Assembly (NCBI RefSeq): GCF_036365525.1
Contig: NW_027140825.1
Coordinates: forward strand, 1,178,001 to 1,242,000
Direction: 5' to 3'
Origin: Heterodontus francisci
Taxonomy: Eukaryota
DNA: 64,000 bases
Shown here: in pieces, positions 1 to 13,009 of the stretch
Layout of the letters: each line of letters begins with the position of its first letter
Numbering within the stretch: the first letter of the stretch is position 1
Notes under the pieces: model-generated
What the model was told of the DNA's origin: nothing
Seen by the model: only the letters and a program-made list of their open reading frames with translations
Database searches by the model: none
Program-made: the position numbers and the translations under genes

Positions 1-595
1 AGGGAGCCCAGCACATCAGTGCAAAAGATAAGGCTGAAGCATTTGCAAAAATCTTCAGCCAGAAGTGCTGAGTTGATGATCCATCTCGGCCTTCTCCTGC
101 AATCCCCAGCATCACAGATGTCAGTCTTCAGCCAATTCGATTCACTCCGCTTGATATCAAGAAATGACTGAAGGCACTGGATACTGCAAAGGCTATGGGC
201 CCTGACAATATCCCGGAAGTAGTACTGAAGACCTGTGCTCCAGAACTTGTTGCATCCTTAGCCAAGCTGTTCCAGTACAGCTACAACACTGGCATCTACC
301 CTGCAATGTGGAAAACTGCCCAGGCATGTCCTGTGCATAAAAAGCAGGACAAGTCAAAGCAGGGCAAGTTCAAGCCACCCAATTACCGTCCCATCAGTCT
401 ACTCTCTATCATCAGTAAAATGATGGAAGGTGTCGTTGACAGTGCTATCAAGCGGCACTTGCTCAGCAATTACCTGTTCAGTGATGGTCAGTTTGGGTTC
501 CGCCAGGGTCACTCAGCTCCTGACCTCATTACAGTGTGGTTCAAACATGGACAAAAGAGCTGAACTCAAGAGGTGAGGTGAGAGTGACTGCCCTT
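1..595 (+). mobile_element. Non-LTR retrotransposon (L2/CR1 group) reverse-transcriptase fragment
   Basis: ORF 195-563 has GPDNIP..VLKTCAPEL, NYRPISLLS..SKMME and QFGFRQGHS motifs of LINE RT; disrupted. Confidence 0.85.
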
Positions 596-889
596 CAGAT
601 AGAGTCTGTCAGGATCCTGCTGCTGTGTCTGACACTCACCAGAAAACATGAATCTCCTCAATTGCAGACCTGACAGAATACTACCCAGACATGCCAGCCC
701 TCTCTCCAGACAGCGAGCGTCTAGTTCAGTTCCCGAGAGTTTTAGTGAAGAGTTCACTCTGTTTTACAGATCCTATATTCACTGTGTCCCTTACAAAAAG
801 GAGGGCAGTGAGTAAACTGTCTCATTTCTATGGGAGACACGGGACATCCCAGAATCACCCATCTGCACCATATACAAACAGCAATCTAC

Positions 890-3485
890 CTGTACAATAA
901 GCAGCGTTACAGTCGGGTGGAGGCTTCAACTCATAAACAAAATAACTGCTGCAGTTTTTGATCTTTATTTCCTGGGTCCAGTGACAGCGATTTCCAGCCT
1001 TGTTAAAACAAACTGTCCTCGTTACTTCCCCCTGTCCCACACTGGGATGGGAACCTGAAATGAGAGTTTATGAATATTGAAGAAAGTAACCCACGTGAAC
1101 AGTGCTGGACAGTGAATGTAAATCTGATATTTTAAAGACGGAAATTACCCTGTAACCAGCCTGTGGCACGTGTGGAGCAGTGAAAATCTGGGACAACAGT
1201 GTCCGGAATCTTCCATCCACCAGAACTGAAACAATAATCACAGAGTCAGTCCCTGAACTGATGGTAAATATTAACTGTTAGAGAGACTGGGAACAACAGA
1301 TAGTGCCAGAAACTGGGGGAAATCCATTACTCCTCCCTCATTAACTGATTTACCCAGAATTTGTTCCTTTACATTACCTTTTAAATCTGTACCATCCTTG
1401 AGCAAGATTATCATCACACTTCTCCTGACCGGAGCCCACAGTGACATCACAATCGATGCTCCTCCAGGGCTGGTCCAGGACTGTGTGATTTACACACGGG
1501 TCAGTGAGTGTGGAGTCTGTGACTGAGTGACAGAAAGATGTTTAATGTTAATATAAAGTACAGTTAATGTTACACAGCGCCTTGTACCCTCCCGAAATAC
1601 CAATCATCTCAGTTTCACCCTCCGCCCTGGTCGAAACCCCCCAGATTAAAGCTGGAAAATGTCCTCCTTCTCTAAACTGGGTTTCCATCTGTCTCCCAGC
1701 TCAGCCTCCCCCTCTAACTCGCTGTTCACAGACAGTCCTCCCTATTCTAGATTAACCACCAGCTCTCAGGTCACAGAAAGCAGTAAATATCTCAGCTTCA
1801 CTTCATCCCAGTAGGAAAGATGTAAAGTGGAGGAGGAGCGAGAACTGCCAGGTGGAGCACAAGCGACCCAGTGTGACTGGTGGGTCCTGCAGAGGGAACG
1901 TGTAGTCTCAAAACCAACAACAACCTGCGTTTATGTACTGCCTTTGATGTAATAAAATGTCCCAAAGCACTTCATCGGTGTGTTACCATCCCGAACTGAC
2001 ACCGATCCACAGAAGCAGCTGGTCGGGCAGGTGGCCAAATGCTATGTCAAATAGGTAGGTTTTAAGGAGTGTCTGAAAGGCGGAAAGAGAGGTGGAGAGA
2101 CGGAGAAGTTGAGGGAGAGAATTCCATAGCGTTAAGCCTCGGCAGGTGAAGGCACAGCTGCCAATGGTGGAAGGGATTCGAATCGGGAATACTCAAGAGG
2201 CCTGAATTAGAGGAGCGCAGAGATCTCCGAGGGTTGTGGGGCTGGAGATGATTTCAGCGGTAGGGAACGGCGAGGTGATAGAAGGATCTGGAAACGATTG
2301 TGAGAATATTGAAATCCAGGCCTTGCTGAACCGGGAGCCAGTGTAGGTCAGTGAGCACGGAGATGAAAGGTGAACTGGACTTGGGCAGTATCATACTGGA
2401 TGACCAAAATGTACAGAAGGTGGAATGTGAGAGATCAGCCAGGAGATCTTTGGAATAGTCAAGTCTAGAGGTACCAAAGTACTGCTAAAGGGTTTGAGCA
2501 GCAGAGAAGCTGCAAGAGCCAAGTCAGGAATACTGTTTCTGATCATCCTTCTCGAATTGTCGGCAGTCTTTGACACAATTCACCACACTATCCATCGCCA
2601 ACACCTCTCCTTCCATGTCCAGCTGGGTGGAACTGCTCTGGCCTATTTCCACTCAACCCAGTCTAGTCTCAGCCAGAGAGTCTCCTGCAGTGTCTTCCTT
2701 ACCCACTCCAGCACTGTTACCTCTAGGGTATCCCGAGAATCTATCTTGTCCCTCTCCAATTTCTCATCAGCTTCCGACTGTGCCCAGCTTCCTTCCCTGT
2801 CGCCTCCTCATCACAAGGACATCCAATTACAACCTCCGTAATATCCACCATCACAGATTTTGCCTCAGCCAATCCTCTACCAAAAACCCTCTACCTTCTG
2901 GAGAATCAAATCTTCTAATCCACTCCTGGCCAGCCTCCCAGCTTCCACTTTCCAGAAGTCAGGTCTCCTCCAACACACTGCTGTTGCATGTTATCTTGCA
3001 GAAAGTTTAAGTCATACATCAGCCCTGTGCTCTCTGACCCACATTGGTTCACAGCTGCAAACGCCTTTGATGTACAACTTCCATCTTCCTGTTCAAATTC
3101 TTTCATGACCTCTCCCGCCCTCTCCCACCACATTTCTGTAATCTTCACCAACTCTCTGTTTCTCTGACCCAAGCCTCCTGTATAAATTCCCTCCACTCCC
3201 TTTCCTCCAGCAGTGTCTGATGTGGCTTCAAGATGTCTAGCCTCCTAAACCTTTCTGCCTCTCCACCTCCGTCTGCTCTTTTAAACTAACAGTCAGCCCT
3301 CCAGTCATCTCCTTTCCTGCTGTGTCAGACATTTCTTCAATCAGATTTCTGTGCAACATCTTGGGAGATTATTCTATGTAACGGTATGAATAAACACAGC
3401 TTGTTCTAGTTGTACTGGGGGTGAACTTTGTCGAGAATGAAAGTTACTCACTCAGGTAACCCAGAATGATCAGCAGAGTCCACAT
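890..3485 (-). CDS. Secreted GP2/uromodulin/OIT3-like D8C-domain protein, 5' part (exons 3485-3452, 1516-1378, 1225-1149, 1054-890); 3' end not resolved
   Basis: Four GT-AG exons with compatible phases splice to MWTLLIILGYLNSTLTDPCVNHTVLDQPWRSIDCDVTVGSGQEKCDDNLAQGWYRFKSSGGWKIPDTVVPDFHCSTRATGWLQGSHPSVGQGEVTRTVCFNKAGNRCHWTQEIKIKNCSSYFVYELKPPPDCNAAYCT. DPC..LDxPWR, CD..GWYRF, GWLxGxHP, VTRxVC, YxVY.L, AYCT are UMOD/GP2 D8C hallmarks. The link to the signal-peptide exon is inferred. Confidence 0.85.
1915..3400. mobile_element. Degenerate L2-like LINE fragments (- strand 3' end ~1915-2480; + strand RT/3' remnant ~2530-3400)
   Basis: ILLELSAVFDTIHH resembles L2 RT LLDLSAAFDTIDH; L2-type 3' tail sequence. 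Confidence 0.6.
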
Positions 3486-4619
3486 CTTACTGGTGAGATT
3501 CTGGAAAGGGAAACACAAGACAAACATTTGAGAGAGATGACCGAGTAGGGAATTGGAGGGAATATTAAATAGGGAGTTGCCGAGGAGTTCGTCAGTATAT
3601 CTGTTTTAGAGAGGTGAGCTCCATCTAATTATCTCTCTCTCACTGGGGCTCTTACAGACAGAGGTGAGCTCAGCTACATGTTCTTGTTAAACATCAGGAA
3701 CTTGACTCCAATCCTTCACCCTTTCCACTCTCCAAAGCTTTTATGAATAAACCACATGTGTTCCTGACTCTCTCCTCCGAGGTCTGTCTCCTGCATCCCT
3801 GAAACAAACCTCTTTGAATTTCTGACAAAGGTTATTCATGAAGATGGTGTTGTTTCAGGAGAAGCAGGACACACACCCCCTGGGTCAATACCTAGCAAGT
3901 GACAAACTCCTTTGCTTTTTCTAACAGTCCTCCCATACCCGACTGCTTACCAGAGTCTCCAATGGAGGTGTCACTGGGTGGGAGATGTTGTCGGTTCAGT
4001 TCCAGCTGCTTGCTCCTCAGTCTCGGGTCCACTCTGCTGTGAACAGTGTCAGTCTCAGTGTCAGCTCCAACTCCTATATACACCACGACGGATTGACTGC
4101 AGTGCTGGTTGGCTGAAATATTAACATTTAGTAATGATGAATGACATTACATAATCTATGCAAACGAAGGCCTTTTGGTTAAAGTAGCTGCCATAATAAA
4201 CCAAATTAATATTTCTCCTGGGACCATGCTAACCCACGGGGCTTTGCTGTTGTAACATAACTTGTCTTCAGTTACCCAACAGAGAGTGTGTAGGGAGATT
4301 GGAGCCTGGGGCTGGGACTCTGAATATTAAAGTTAGTATTTGCCAGTTGGCTGTGTATATTTGATCTTTCATAGGCATTAAGTATTAGGGAGAGAATATT
4401 CACAGGAGACATGCCTCTCTTATCAGTAGTGGGTCAGTATTGGGGGGATGATGAGAGGGGGCAGAGAAACAAGATGTTCCGGAGAGACAAATGATCGGAC
4501 ATCCATTTTCCTCCTTGAGGTCGTTGGGGTTAAAGTAAATGATTCTGTTTTTCAGAATATAGTCACAGAATGAGAACAATGAAATCCTCACATCAGCGAC
4601 AGTGATACCATCTCCGAAA

Positions 4620-5650
4620 TAGCACAGATACAGCGTTAGTAACACATACAAACCAGAATGAGGAGGACATAAATTTCTCAGTGAGAGAGTGTTTGAGTAT
4701 TCAGGACATGGGATATTGTGAGGGGTCCCTGACCAAATGTTAATGTCTCAGTCACTGAATGCTCCTCAACTGCTAACATTGGGATAGCAGTGGGCTTCAG
4801 GTATAAACTTCAATATAAGAACCACCCAGGATGTTGTTTTATGGAAGGAAAAGTGTTGTATGTAAACTTTATAGAGTTACTGGCAGACCATTGTCCATGA
4901 CTGACCGAATAATAATAAGCAGGTAATTTGTCCCAGATATGGGTGGGATTAGTCTTTGATATGTTTGATTTTGACTGCGAGAATGAGGAGAGATGAAACA
5001 ATACAATTTGTGAAGTGGTGCAAGAACAGAGAGACCTGGGGGATGCTTGTGCAGGAATATTTAAAGGTGACAGGGTAGGTTGAGAAAGCGATTAATAAAT
5101 CATATTACAGTCTGGGCTTTGTAAATAGAGAGGTCGAGTACAAAACTCCGGGAGTCATGCCAAACCTGTATAAAACACCAGTTCGGTCCCTGTTGGTACA
5201 ATTCTGGGCACCACACTTTAGGAAACACCTGTAGGCTTTGGAGAGGTTGCAGAAGAGATTTTCTCGGATGGTTCAGTTGGTGAGGAATTTCAGTCAAGTA
5301 AAAAGACTGGGCTAGAAAGGGACGTTCTCCTCAGAGCAGAGAAGGTTAAGGGGAGATTCGATAGATCACCAGAGGGCACAGCTTTAATGTGATGGGCAAA
5401 GGTACCAGAGGTGACATGAGGATAAATGTTTTTTAATATCATGAGTGGTTTGGATTTGGAGGGCAATGTCTGATAGGGTGGTGGAAATTCAATGGTATTA
5501 TTCAAAAAGGGAATTGGCTCAATATTTGAAGGGGAATTAAATGAGGGAAATGGTGAAAGAGAGGGGAGTTGGATTAACTGGGTTGATTTTCGAAAGAGAT
5601 GACAACCCCTCGATGGCCCGAATGGCCTCCCTCTGTTGTACTATTCTAGG
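4620..5650 (+). mobile_element. Old CR1 LINE 3' fragments
   Basis: Degenerate similarity to the CR1 RT C-terminus and tail seen intact at 28300-29030. Confidence 0.55.
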
Positions 5651-6504
5651 ATTTGTTTCTGATGTGGGTGAGATTCGTCTGTCCCCACATTTCTCTGTCA
5701 GATCATTAGCACATTGGGCAGTGCAGTCAGTCCAGGGCTCCAGATAATATTCCTGTGACAGAATCACAATGTCACTGTCCCCTCAGTAATCACAATCACC
5801 TTGCAGCACATTGTTACTCAATGTTACACTGCCTGTGAAAAGGGGTGTCTGAATGTGCATCTCAGTTCCAACCAGCCCATGTCCAACTCCTCGTCCCTGA
5901 TAGTTTCCACAGTTTCCATTCTCACTGGATTGCTGATTCTGTCAGTGCCCCTGAGTCCATGCCAGGTTGTCAGATATTCATTCAGTCCCACAATGGGCCC
6001 ATTAGCTCTTCTGAGCCGGCTTTGATATTTGCATTCCCTGGGACTAACAGATTTGAATGTTGTGCCGTGTGTCAACTGGGAAAATGTCAACTTTTGCAAA
6101 GCAGGAAGCTGTTGTGTTTGTCAAGGACTGAGAACAATAGACTCTTCTTATCAGAGGCACAGATACGATCAGCTGAAGGACAAAGATGCACAACTAACAA
6201 CATAGTCAAACAAACTGAGGAGAGAGAGGGGGTGGGGGAGAGAGTGTTGGGAGAGTGTGTGTGGTGTATGCGTGCATCCAGTCATGCATTATGGAACGTG
6301 TGATTAATGGAAGAAGCTACAATACAAAGGGTTTGGAGGTAATGCCACAGTTGTAGGAGGCTCTGGTTAGACTACATTTGGAATATTGCACACAGTCTGG
6401 GCACCTTCCTCAACAAGCAGCTGTTTGCCTTGGACCAGATACAGCTGAGATTCACCAGAATGATACTGGGGTTAACACTGAGTACACTCGATGAACAGTG
6501 ACAA

Positions 6505-7160
6505 TTATCCCTGTCTCTGTAACCTCCTCCAGCCCCTACAACCCTCCCTATCTCTGTAACCTCCTCCAGCTCCTCCAATCCTCCCTATGTCTGTATCCTG
6601 CTTAAGGTACTGCAACCCTCCCTATCTCCGTAACCCCCTCCAGCCCCCTACAAGCTTCCCTGTTTCAGTAACCTCCTCCTGACCCGACAACGTTCCCTAT
6701 CGATGTAACCCCCTCCAGCCCCCAACAAACTTCCTTATTTCTGTAACTTCGTCCAGCCCCGACAACCCTCCCTATCTCTGTTCCCTCCTCCAGCCCCCAC
6801 AATCTTCCCTATCTCTGTAACCTTCTCCAGCTCAACAACCCTCCCTGTCTCTGTAACCTCCTCCAGCCCCGACAATCCTCTCTATCTCTGAAACCTCCTC
6901 CAGCCCTACAACCCTCCCTATCTCTGTAACATCCTCCATCCCTACAACCCTCCCTATCTCTGTAACTTCCTCCAGCCCCTACAATACTCCCTATCTCTGT
7001 CACCTCCTCCAGCCCTACAACCCTCCCTATCGCTGTAACCTCCTCCAGACCTACAACCCTTCCTATCTCTGTAACTTCCTCCAACCCCTACAATACTCCC
7101 TTTCACTGTAACCTCCTCCAGCCCTACAACCCTCCCTATCTCTGTAACCTCCTCCGGGCA
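6505..7160. repeat. ~35-36 bp minisatellite (ccctatctctgtaacctcctccagcccctacaaccct)
   Basis: Visible tandem units; the reverse complement of the same unit occurs at 31935-32595. Confidence 0.9.
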
Positions 7161-7429
7161 ATACAACAAATACAACAAAAACCTCAGCACGAAAAGCATC
7201 AACACATTCAACAACAGCCTCAGCGGGGGAAAACACCAACAAATTCAGAAGCAACGTTGGCAAACAAAAGCTCACCAACCAATGTCAGGAGGAGAAAAAA
7301 ACACCAACAGAATTCAAGAAGTGCGTCAGGAGGAGAAAAGCAACAAAGACAACTTCAGCAGGTGAAAAACAGCAGCAGATGCAACAACATGTTGAATCTG
7401 CACGGTCCTCCTTACCAACATTTCGGGCC

Positions 7430-8500
7430 TTGTGCCAAGGTTGGGAGAGCTGTCAAGCAACAACCTGACATAGTCATACTCAGGGAATCATGCCTTGCAG
7501 ACAATGTCACAGAGCTCGCTATCGCCATCCCCGGGTACGTCCTGTTCCACCATCTCCAACTGCTTCATAAATGAAATTCCCTTCAATCATAAGCTCAGAG
7601 TGGGGATGTTCACTGATGATTTCACAATGTTCAGCATCATTTGCGACAGCTCAGATTCTGAAGCAGCCCGTGTTCAGATGTAGCAAGACCTGGACAACAT
7701 CCAGGCTTGGGCTGATAATCCTGACATTCGCACCACACAAGTGCCATGCATTGACCATCTACAACAGGAGAGAATATAACCATCTCCCTTTGACATTCAA
7801 TGGCATTACCATCGCTGAATCCCCCACTATCAACATCCTGGGGATTGCCATTGAACAGAATCTGAACTGGAGTAGCCGTATAAATACTGTGGCTACAAGA
7901 GCAGGTCAGAGGCTAGGAATCATGCGGCGAGTAACTCGCCTCCTGACTCCCCAAAGCCTGTCCACCATCCACAAGGCACAAGTCAGGAGTGTGATGGAAT
8001 ACTGTCCATTTGCCTGGATGGGTGCAGCTCCAACAACACTCAAGAAGCTCGACACCATCCGGGACAAAGCAGCCCGCTTGATTGGCACCCCATCTACAAA
8101 CATTCACTCCCTCAACCACTGATGCATAGTGTCAGCAGTGTGTACCATCTACAAGATCGACTGCAGCAATGCACCAAGGCTCCCTCCGTCAACACCTTCC
8201 AAACCCGTAACCTCTACCACCTAGAAGGACAAGGGCAGCAGATGCATGGGAACACCACCACTTGCAGGTTCCCCTCCAAGTCACACACCATCCTGACTTG
8301 GAACTATATCGGCTGTTCCTTCACTAACTGTGGGTCAAAATCCTGGAACTCCCTTCCTAACAGCACTGTGGGTGTACCCACCCCACATGGACTGCAGCGG
8401 TTCAAGAAGGCAGCTCACCACCACCTTCTCAAGGGGCAATTAGGGATGGACAATAATTGTTGGCCTCAACCAGCATCGCCCAAAATCCCATGAATGAGCT
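7430..8500 (+). mobile_element. L2/CR1-group LINE, 3' portion (RT end and C-terminal region)
   Basis: MFTDD, FAPHKC, LGI.IEQNLNWSSRI, KAQVRSVMEY, SWNSLPNS..RFKKAAHHHLLKG; frameshifted. Confidence 0.85.
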
Positions 8501-8970
8501 AAAAAACGGAAAATAACCTCAGCAGGGAAAAAAACTGCAAATTAAAACAACAACCTCAACATAAAAAAAATTCAACAACTTAAGCAGGGAAGGAAACAAG
8601 AAGTACGACAAAAACCTCAGCAGGGAAAACACCAACAAAAACAACAACTACCTCAGCAGGAGAACAGCGTCAACAAATTCAACAACAGATCAGCAGGAGA
8701 TTCAAACACCAGCAAATTCAACAACCTCAGTTGGAGAACAACACCAGCAAATACAATAACAAATACAACAACAACTTCAAAATTATACCAACAAATGCAA
8801 CAACAACTACTGGCAGCCAATGGTAGAGAGAGGGGCGTGGGTTTCCCATCAGGGAGGGAGGTGTTGTGCAAACCTGAATCACTTGCTTGAATCTTCATGT
8901 GGCTTCTCACAAGACTCAACTCTCTTCTTTCCACTGATTTTCCAATTGCAGGATAAGCTTCCAGTGGAAG

Positions 8971-9160
8971 ATGTATCTGTTACTGAGTCTCATGGTCTTA
9001 TTTCAAAATAATGTTTTACTCCCCAGCTGTACCAAGTGTGATTTCAGAGGGGACGGTGGGGGGTTTCAGCGCCAAGTGACCGACTGACGCCCAGTTCAAC
9101 CTGGAGTCCTCCAGCCTGTGGGAGAATCACTCGGCCATGCATTGCTGTGCCTGGAGTCTG
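8971..9160 (+). pseudogene. TRBV: TRBV pseudogene, family A (MYLLL leader, CAWS end), internally deleted
   Basis: Leader ATG at 8971 has its donor changed to ataa and is fused directly to the 3' half of the V exon; in-frame TGA; YFC decayed to HCC; paralogue of 13870-14361. Confidence 0.85.
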
Positions 9161-9199
9161 CACAGTGACTCAGAGAGATGGAGCAGTTCAACAAAAACA
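9161..9199 (+). other. 23-RSS
   Basis: CACAGTG-23-ACAAAAACA. Confidence 0.9.
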
Positions 9200-9299
9200 C
9201 CAACAGAAACACCTGTTTCAGATAAAAGCCTGCAGCTCTGTATCCTGTTGGGTTTACCTACTGCAGTGTGAACATGTCTTCGACATGAAGAAGACACAG

Positions 9300-10190
9300 A
9301 AAGATGTTCAGGGATGATACGAGAAGTGAGAGGTTATAATGATCAGGAAAAGACTGAACAGACTGGGGCTCTTTTCTCTAGAAAAGAGAAGGCTGAGGAG
9401 TGACCTGATCGAGCTATTTAAGATGATGAAAGGGGTCTTGATCAGATAAATGTAGAGAAAAATGTTTGCATTTGCGGGTGAGACCAGTAAAAACGGGGCA
9501 GGTGCGTCAATATAATACAGTCACCAAAACATCCAATTGGAAATTTGAGAGAAACATCTTCACCCAGAGAGTGGGGAGAATGTGGAACTCAGTACCACAG
9601 GATGAAAGGAATAGGGAAGATGTATTTAAGCTGGGGGGGAGGGGGGCAGTTGGATAGGACATGAGGGAGAGAGGAACAGAAGGAGATGTGGCTGGGGGCG
9701 AGATGAAGAGGGCGTGGAACGACGTTCGTGTGGACCAAAAAGGTCGGCAAGGACGTGTCGGGCTGTAAATTCCTTGCAGCTGGAGCGAAGAGCAGGAACA
9801 CCAACACTGTGGGACTAGTCAGTGGAGCTGGGGACTGACTCCTGGGTGAGGAGCAGCTTTTCTTTGTAATCTTTATCTAAACCTGTCACAATCTTGTACA
9901 CCTCTATCAGGTCTCCACGCAATCTCAGTTTCTCCAGGGAGAACAACCCCAGCTTCTCCAACCTAACCTTGTAACTAAAATCCTCCATTCCTGGAACGAT
10001 TCTGGTAAATCTCCTCTGCACCCTCTCAAGGAACCTCACCTCCTTCCTAAAGTGTGGTGACCAGAACTGGATGCAAGTTTGCAGTTGTGGCCTAACCAGA
10101 GCTTTATAAAGGTTCAGCATAACTTCCCAGTTTTTGCACTCAATGGCTCTATTTATGAAGCCCAAGATCTCGCATGTTTTGCTATTCCCA
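9300..10190. mobile_element. CR1 LINE 3' fragments (+ ~9300-9780; - ~9855-10190)
   Basis: ORF 9815-10273(-) LYKALVRPQL..QFWSPH..LERVQRRFTR..RLRGDLIEVYK; repeated at ~14530-15790. Confidence 0.8.
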
Positions 10191-10289
10191 TATTCTTTGC
10201 TACTGTTTCGAAGTACGGCCACTGCTGTAATGTAGGAACAGTGGCAGTCACTTTCTAAAAGGCAAGATCCCATGAACAGACAACGTGCA

Positions 10290-11460
10290 GATCCTGCTGA
10301 AGTTGTTGTTGAATCTGTTGGTGTTTTTCTCCTGCTGAAGTTTCTGTTGAATTTGCTGTTTTTCTCCTGCTGAAGTTGTTGTTGACTTTGTTGGTGTTTC
10401 CTCCCGCTGAAGTTGTTGACTTTGTTGCTGTTTTTCCTGTTGAGGTTGTTGTTGAATTTGTTGGCGTTTTTCCTGTTGAGTTTGTTGTTGAACTTGGAGG
10501 TGTTTTTCTCCTGTTAAAGTTGTTGTTGAATTTGTTGGTATTTTCCCATTTGAATTTGTTGTTGAACTTGTTGGTGCTTTTCCTGCTGAAGTTGTTGTTG
10601 AATTTGTTGGTGCTTTTTCCTCTTTAAGTTGTTGTATTTATTTGTGCTATTTCCTGTTGAGGTTGTTTTTGAATTTGTTTGTGTCTTTCTTGTTGAGGTT
10701 GTTATTGAATTTATTGTTGTTTTTCTTTCCTCCTGTTGAAGTTATTGTTCAATTTGTTCGTATTTTTATTCTGCTGCCGTTGTTTTTGTATTTTGGTGGG
10801 GGGTTTCTCCTCCAGGGGAACAGCAGACTTCACCAATATTGATTTTTTAAAAAGGTTAACATTGTTCAGTAAAATTGTTTCTTGGCTCTCTCTCTTCATG
10901 TCTGTTTCTCTCTCTCTCTGTTGCTCTTGTTATCTTTCCTCTCTCACACATTCTCATTCTCTCTCTTTATCACTGTCTCTCCTTCCTTCTCTCATTTCCT
11001 CTCTGCTCTGTTGCTCTTTCTGTCTCTCACACACGCACCCAATCTCATTCTCTCTCTTTATCTCACTCTCTTCTTTCCTTCCCCTCTCTTTCTCGCCTCT
11101 CATTTCCTTGCTTACTCTTGCTGTCTGTCTCCATTTCTCTCTCACACACACTCACTCTTATTCTCTCTCTCTCTCTCATTAATTCTTACAATCTCCTCTC
11201 ATTTTCTGCCTCTGTGTCGCTCTGTCTCTGTCTCTCCCTGTCTGTCTCTACACCTCCTATTGCCTCATTCTCTCTATCTGTCACTCGTTCTCTCAATCTC
11301 TCTCTCTCTCTCTCTTTCGAACTAATTTTCCCTGAATCATTCCATCTCTCAGTGGCTTTGTTGATCAGTCTGTCTCTCTCTCTCTGTCTTTGTCTCACTC
11401 TACCTCTCCCTTGCTCCCTCTCAGCTGTCCTCTCTCTCTCACTCGTTCTTTATCTCTCCC
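10290..11460. repeat. Low-complexity GTT-rich then CT-rich tract (duplicated at ~15915-17445)
   Basis: Directly visible composition. Confidence 0.85.
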
Positions 11461-11656
11461 TATGTGGGGTTCCCTGGGATGGCCTCTGCCTGTCCAGCTC
11501 TGTTGCCCTCTAAGATTTTGTTGGTATGATGTGGCCAGAGGGTGCTCTGTATGGAATACAATGCCAGCGACATTGTCTGCAGTTTCCACAGTAGCGGGGC
11601 GGTTTGATCACATTGCTTATAACGAGCCTCCTCCTCTGAAACGAATCTCACAGATC

Positions 11657-11980
11657 CAGCCTCACAGCTCCAGCGACCCGGGTTCAATTCTGGGTACTGC
11701 CTGTGTGGAGTTTGCAAGTTCTCCCTGTGTCTGCGTGGGTTTCCTCCGGGTGCTCCGGTTTCCTCCCACATGCCAAAGACTTGCTGGTTGATAGGTTAAT
11801 TGGCCATTATATATTTGCCCCTTGTATAGGTAGGTGGTAGGGGAATATAGGGACAGGTGGGAATGTGGTAGGAATATGGAATTAGTATCGGATTCGTATA
11901 AATGGGTGGTTGATGGTCGGCACAGCCTCGGTGGGCAGAAGGGCCTGTTTCAGTGCTCTATCTCTAAACTAAACCAAACT
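11657..11980 (+). mobile_element. HE1-like V-SINE (elasmobranch), 5'-truncated
   Basis: tRNA-like head (gacccgggttcaattc), V-domain gggtttcctccgggtgctccggtttcctcccaca, CR1-type tail ending (ctaaa)n; absent from the paralogous site at ~17645. Confidence 0.8.
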
Positions 11981-12513
11981 AGTTAGAGATCTGCTGACAG
12001 AAGATACTGAAGTGTTATTCGGAGATACTGGTCATGATTCCTTGCCATTCCATATTTCTGCTTTCCACCTTTAAGACAGGAAACACCACTATCCCCATTT
12101 GGTACCATTGTTGATGAAATTAATGTTCGTAATAGTTACTTTATGCATTGTTATACATCATCAGCTCGTCAACCAAACTGAAATAATTTACTGTTCCTTG
12201 ATCTGAACAGCAGTTAGGATTCTTTTAACAGAGTATCATCCTTAAACATTACCAATTTTCCTCTTTCTCAGATGCAGACTGAGCTGGTTTGTGTTCATCC
12301 TTCCGGGTTTGGCACATTTATAGTTTTATCAATGTAATAAATCTGATTTATAATTGGGCTTAACCTGTCGAGCAAATAGAAGTGTGAAGGCAGCAGCGTG
12401 ACTGGAGGAAATTATTTTGTCTCCTTCTTAATCCCTTTCTTCTGCTTTTGCCTCTGTCCCTCCCTGTAACCCTCTATCGTTCTCTCCCCATTGATCTGCC
12501 ATCCTGTGTGAAG

Positions 12514-12807
12514 AATCTTGTCAGATGTTAGATGGTTCTCCAGTCCCCGGCGGCCAACGCCCTGGTTCCTGGGGAGATAACCACGTTCCACAGCAGTATT
12601 GGGCAGGGCAACATGACTGGTATGGACTGGTACTTGCAGATTGGTGACTGCCTGGAATGGATTAGATAGAGTGTACTTTCTGCATCTAAATGCAGGAAAA
12701 GGATTGAAACCCAGCACGAGACTCAAGCCAACACTTTGACTCTGTCCTTGAAAAGCTCCCGTGCACAAGACAACATCACTTACTACTGCGCGGCTCACAA
12801 GTACACA
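12514..12807 (+). pseudogene. TRBV: TRBV pseudogene, YYCAA-type (related to the V at 21428)
   Basis: VLQSPAANALVPGE...DWYLQIGDCLEWIR*...NTLTLSL...TYYCAAH; first Cys lost, TAG stop, frameshift; possible decayed leader at 12033-12078. Confidence 0.8.
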
Positions 12808-12846
12808 CACAGTGTAACTAGAATGCAAGGAAACACGGCATAAACT
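12808..12846 (+). other. 23-RSS
   Basis: CACAGTG-23-GCATAAACT. Confidence 0.8.
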
Positions 12847-13009
12847 CGGGAATGATGTAATACACCTTCCCCCAGTCTTTGGGGGTATGGTAGTATAGCT
12901 GTTATGTTACTGGGACTAGTAATCCAGAGGCCTCGACTGAATAATCCAGAGCACAGGAGGTCAAATCCCACCACAGCTTCTGGGGGAATCTAACTAAACA
13001 AACATCACC

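Noticed and set aside
640-669. Possible 30-nt next exon of the D8C gene (GLQLRRFMFS, ag..gtgagt, phase 1-1)
   Set aside because: Splice sites and phase fit, but no recognisable homology; too short to support without transcripts
5366-5380. CTCF-like tcaccagagggcac
   Set aside because: Single imperfect match inside a decayed CR1, with no upstream module
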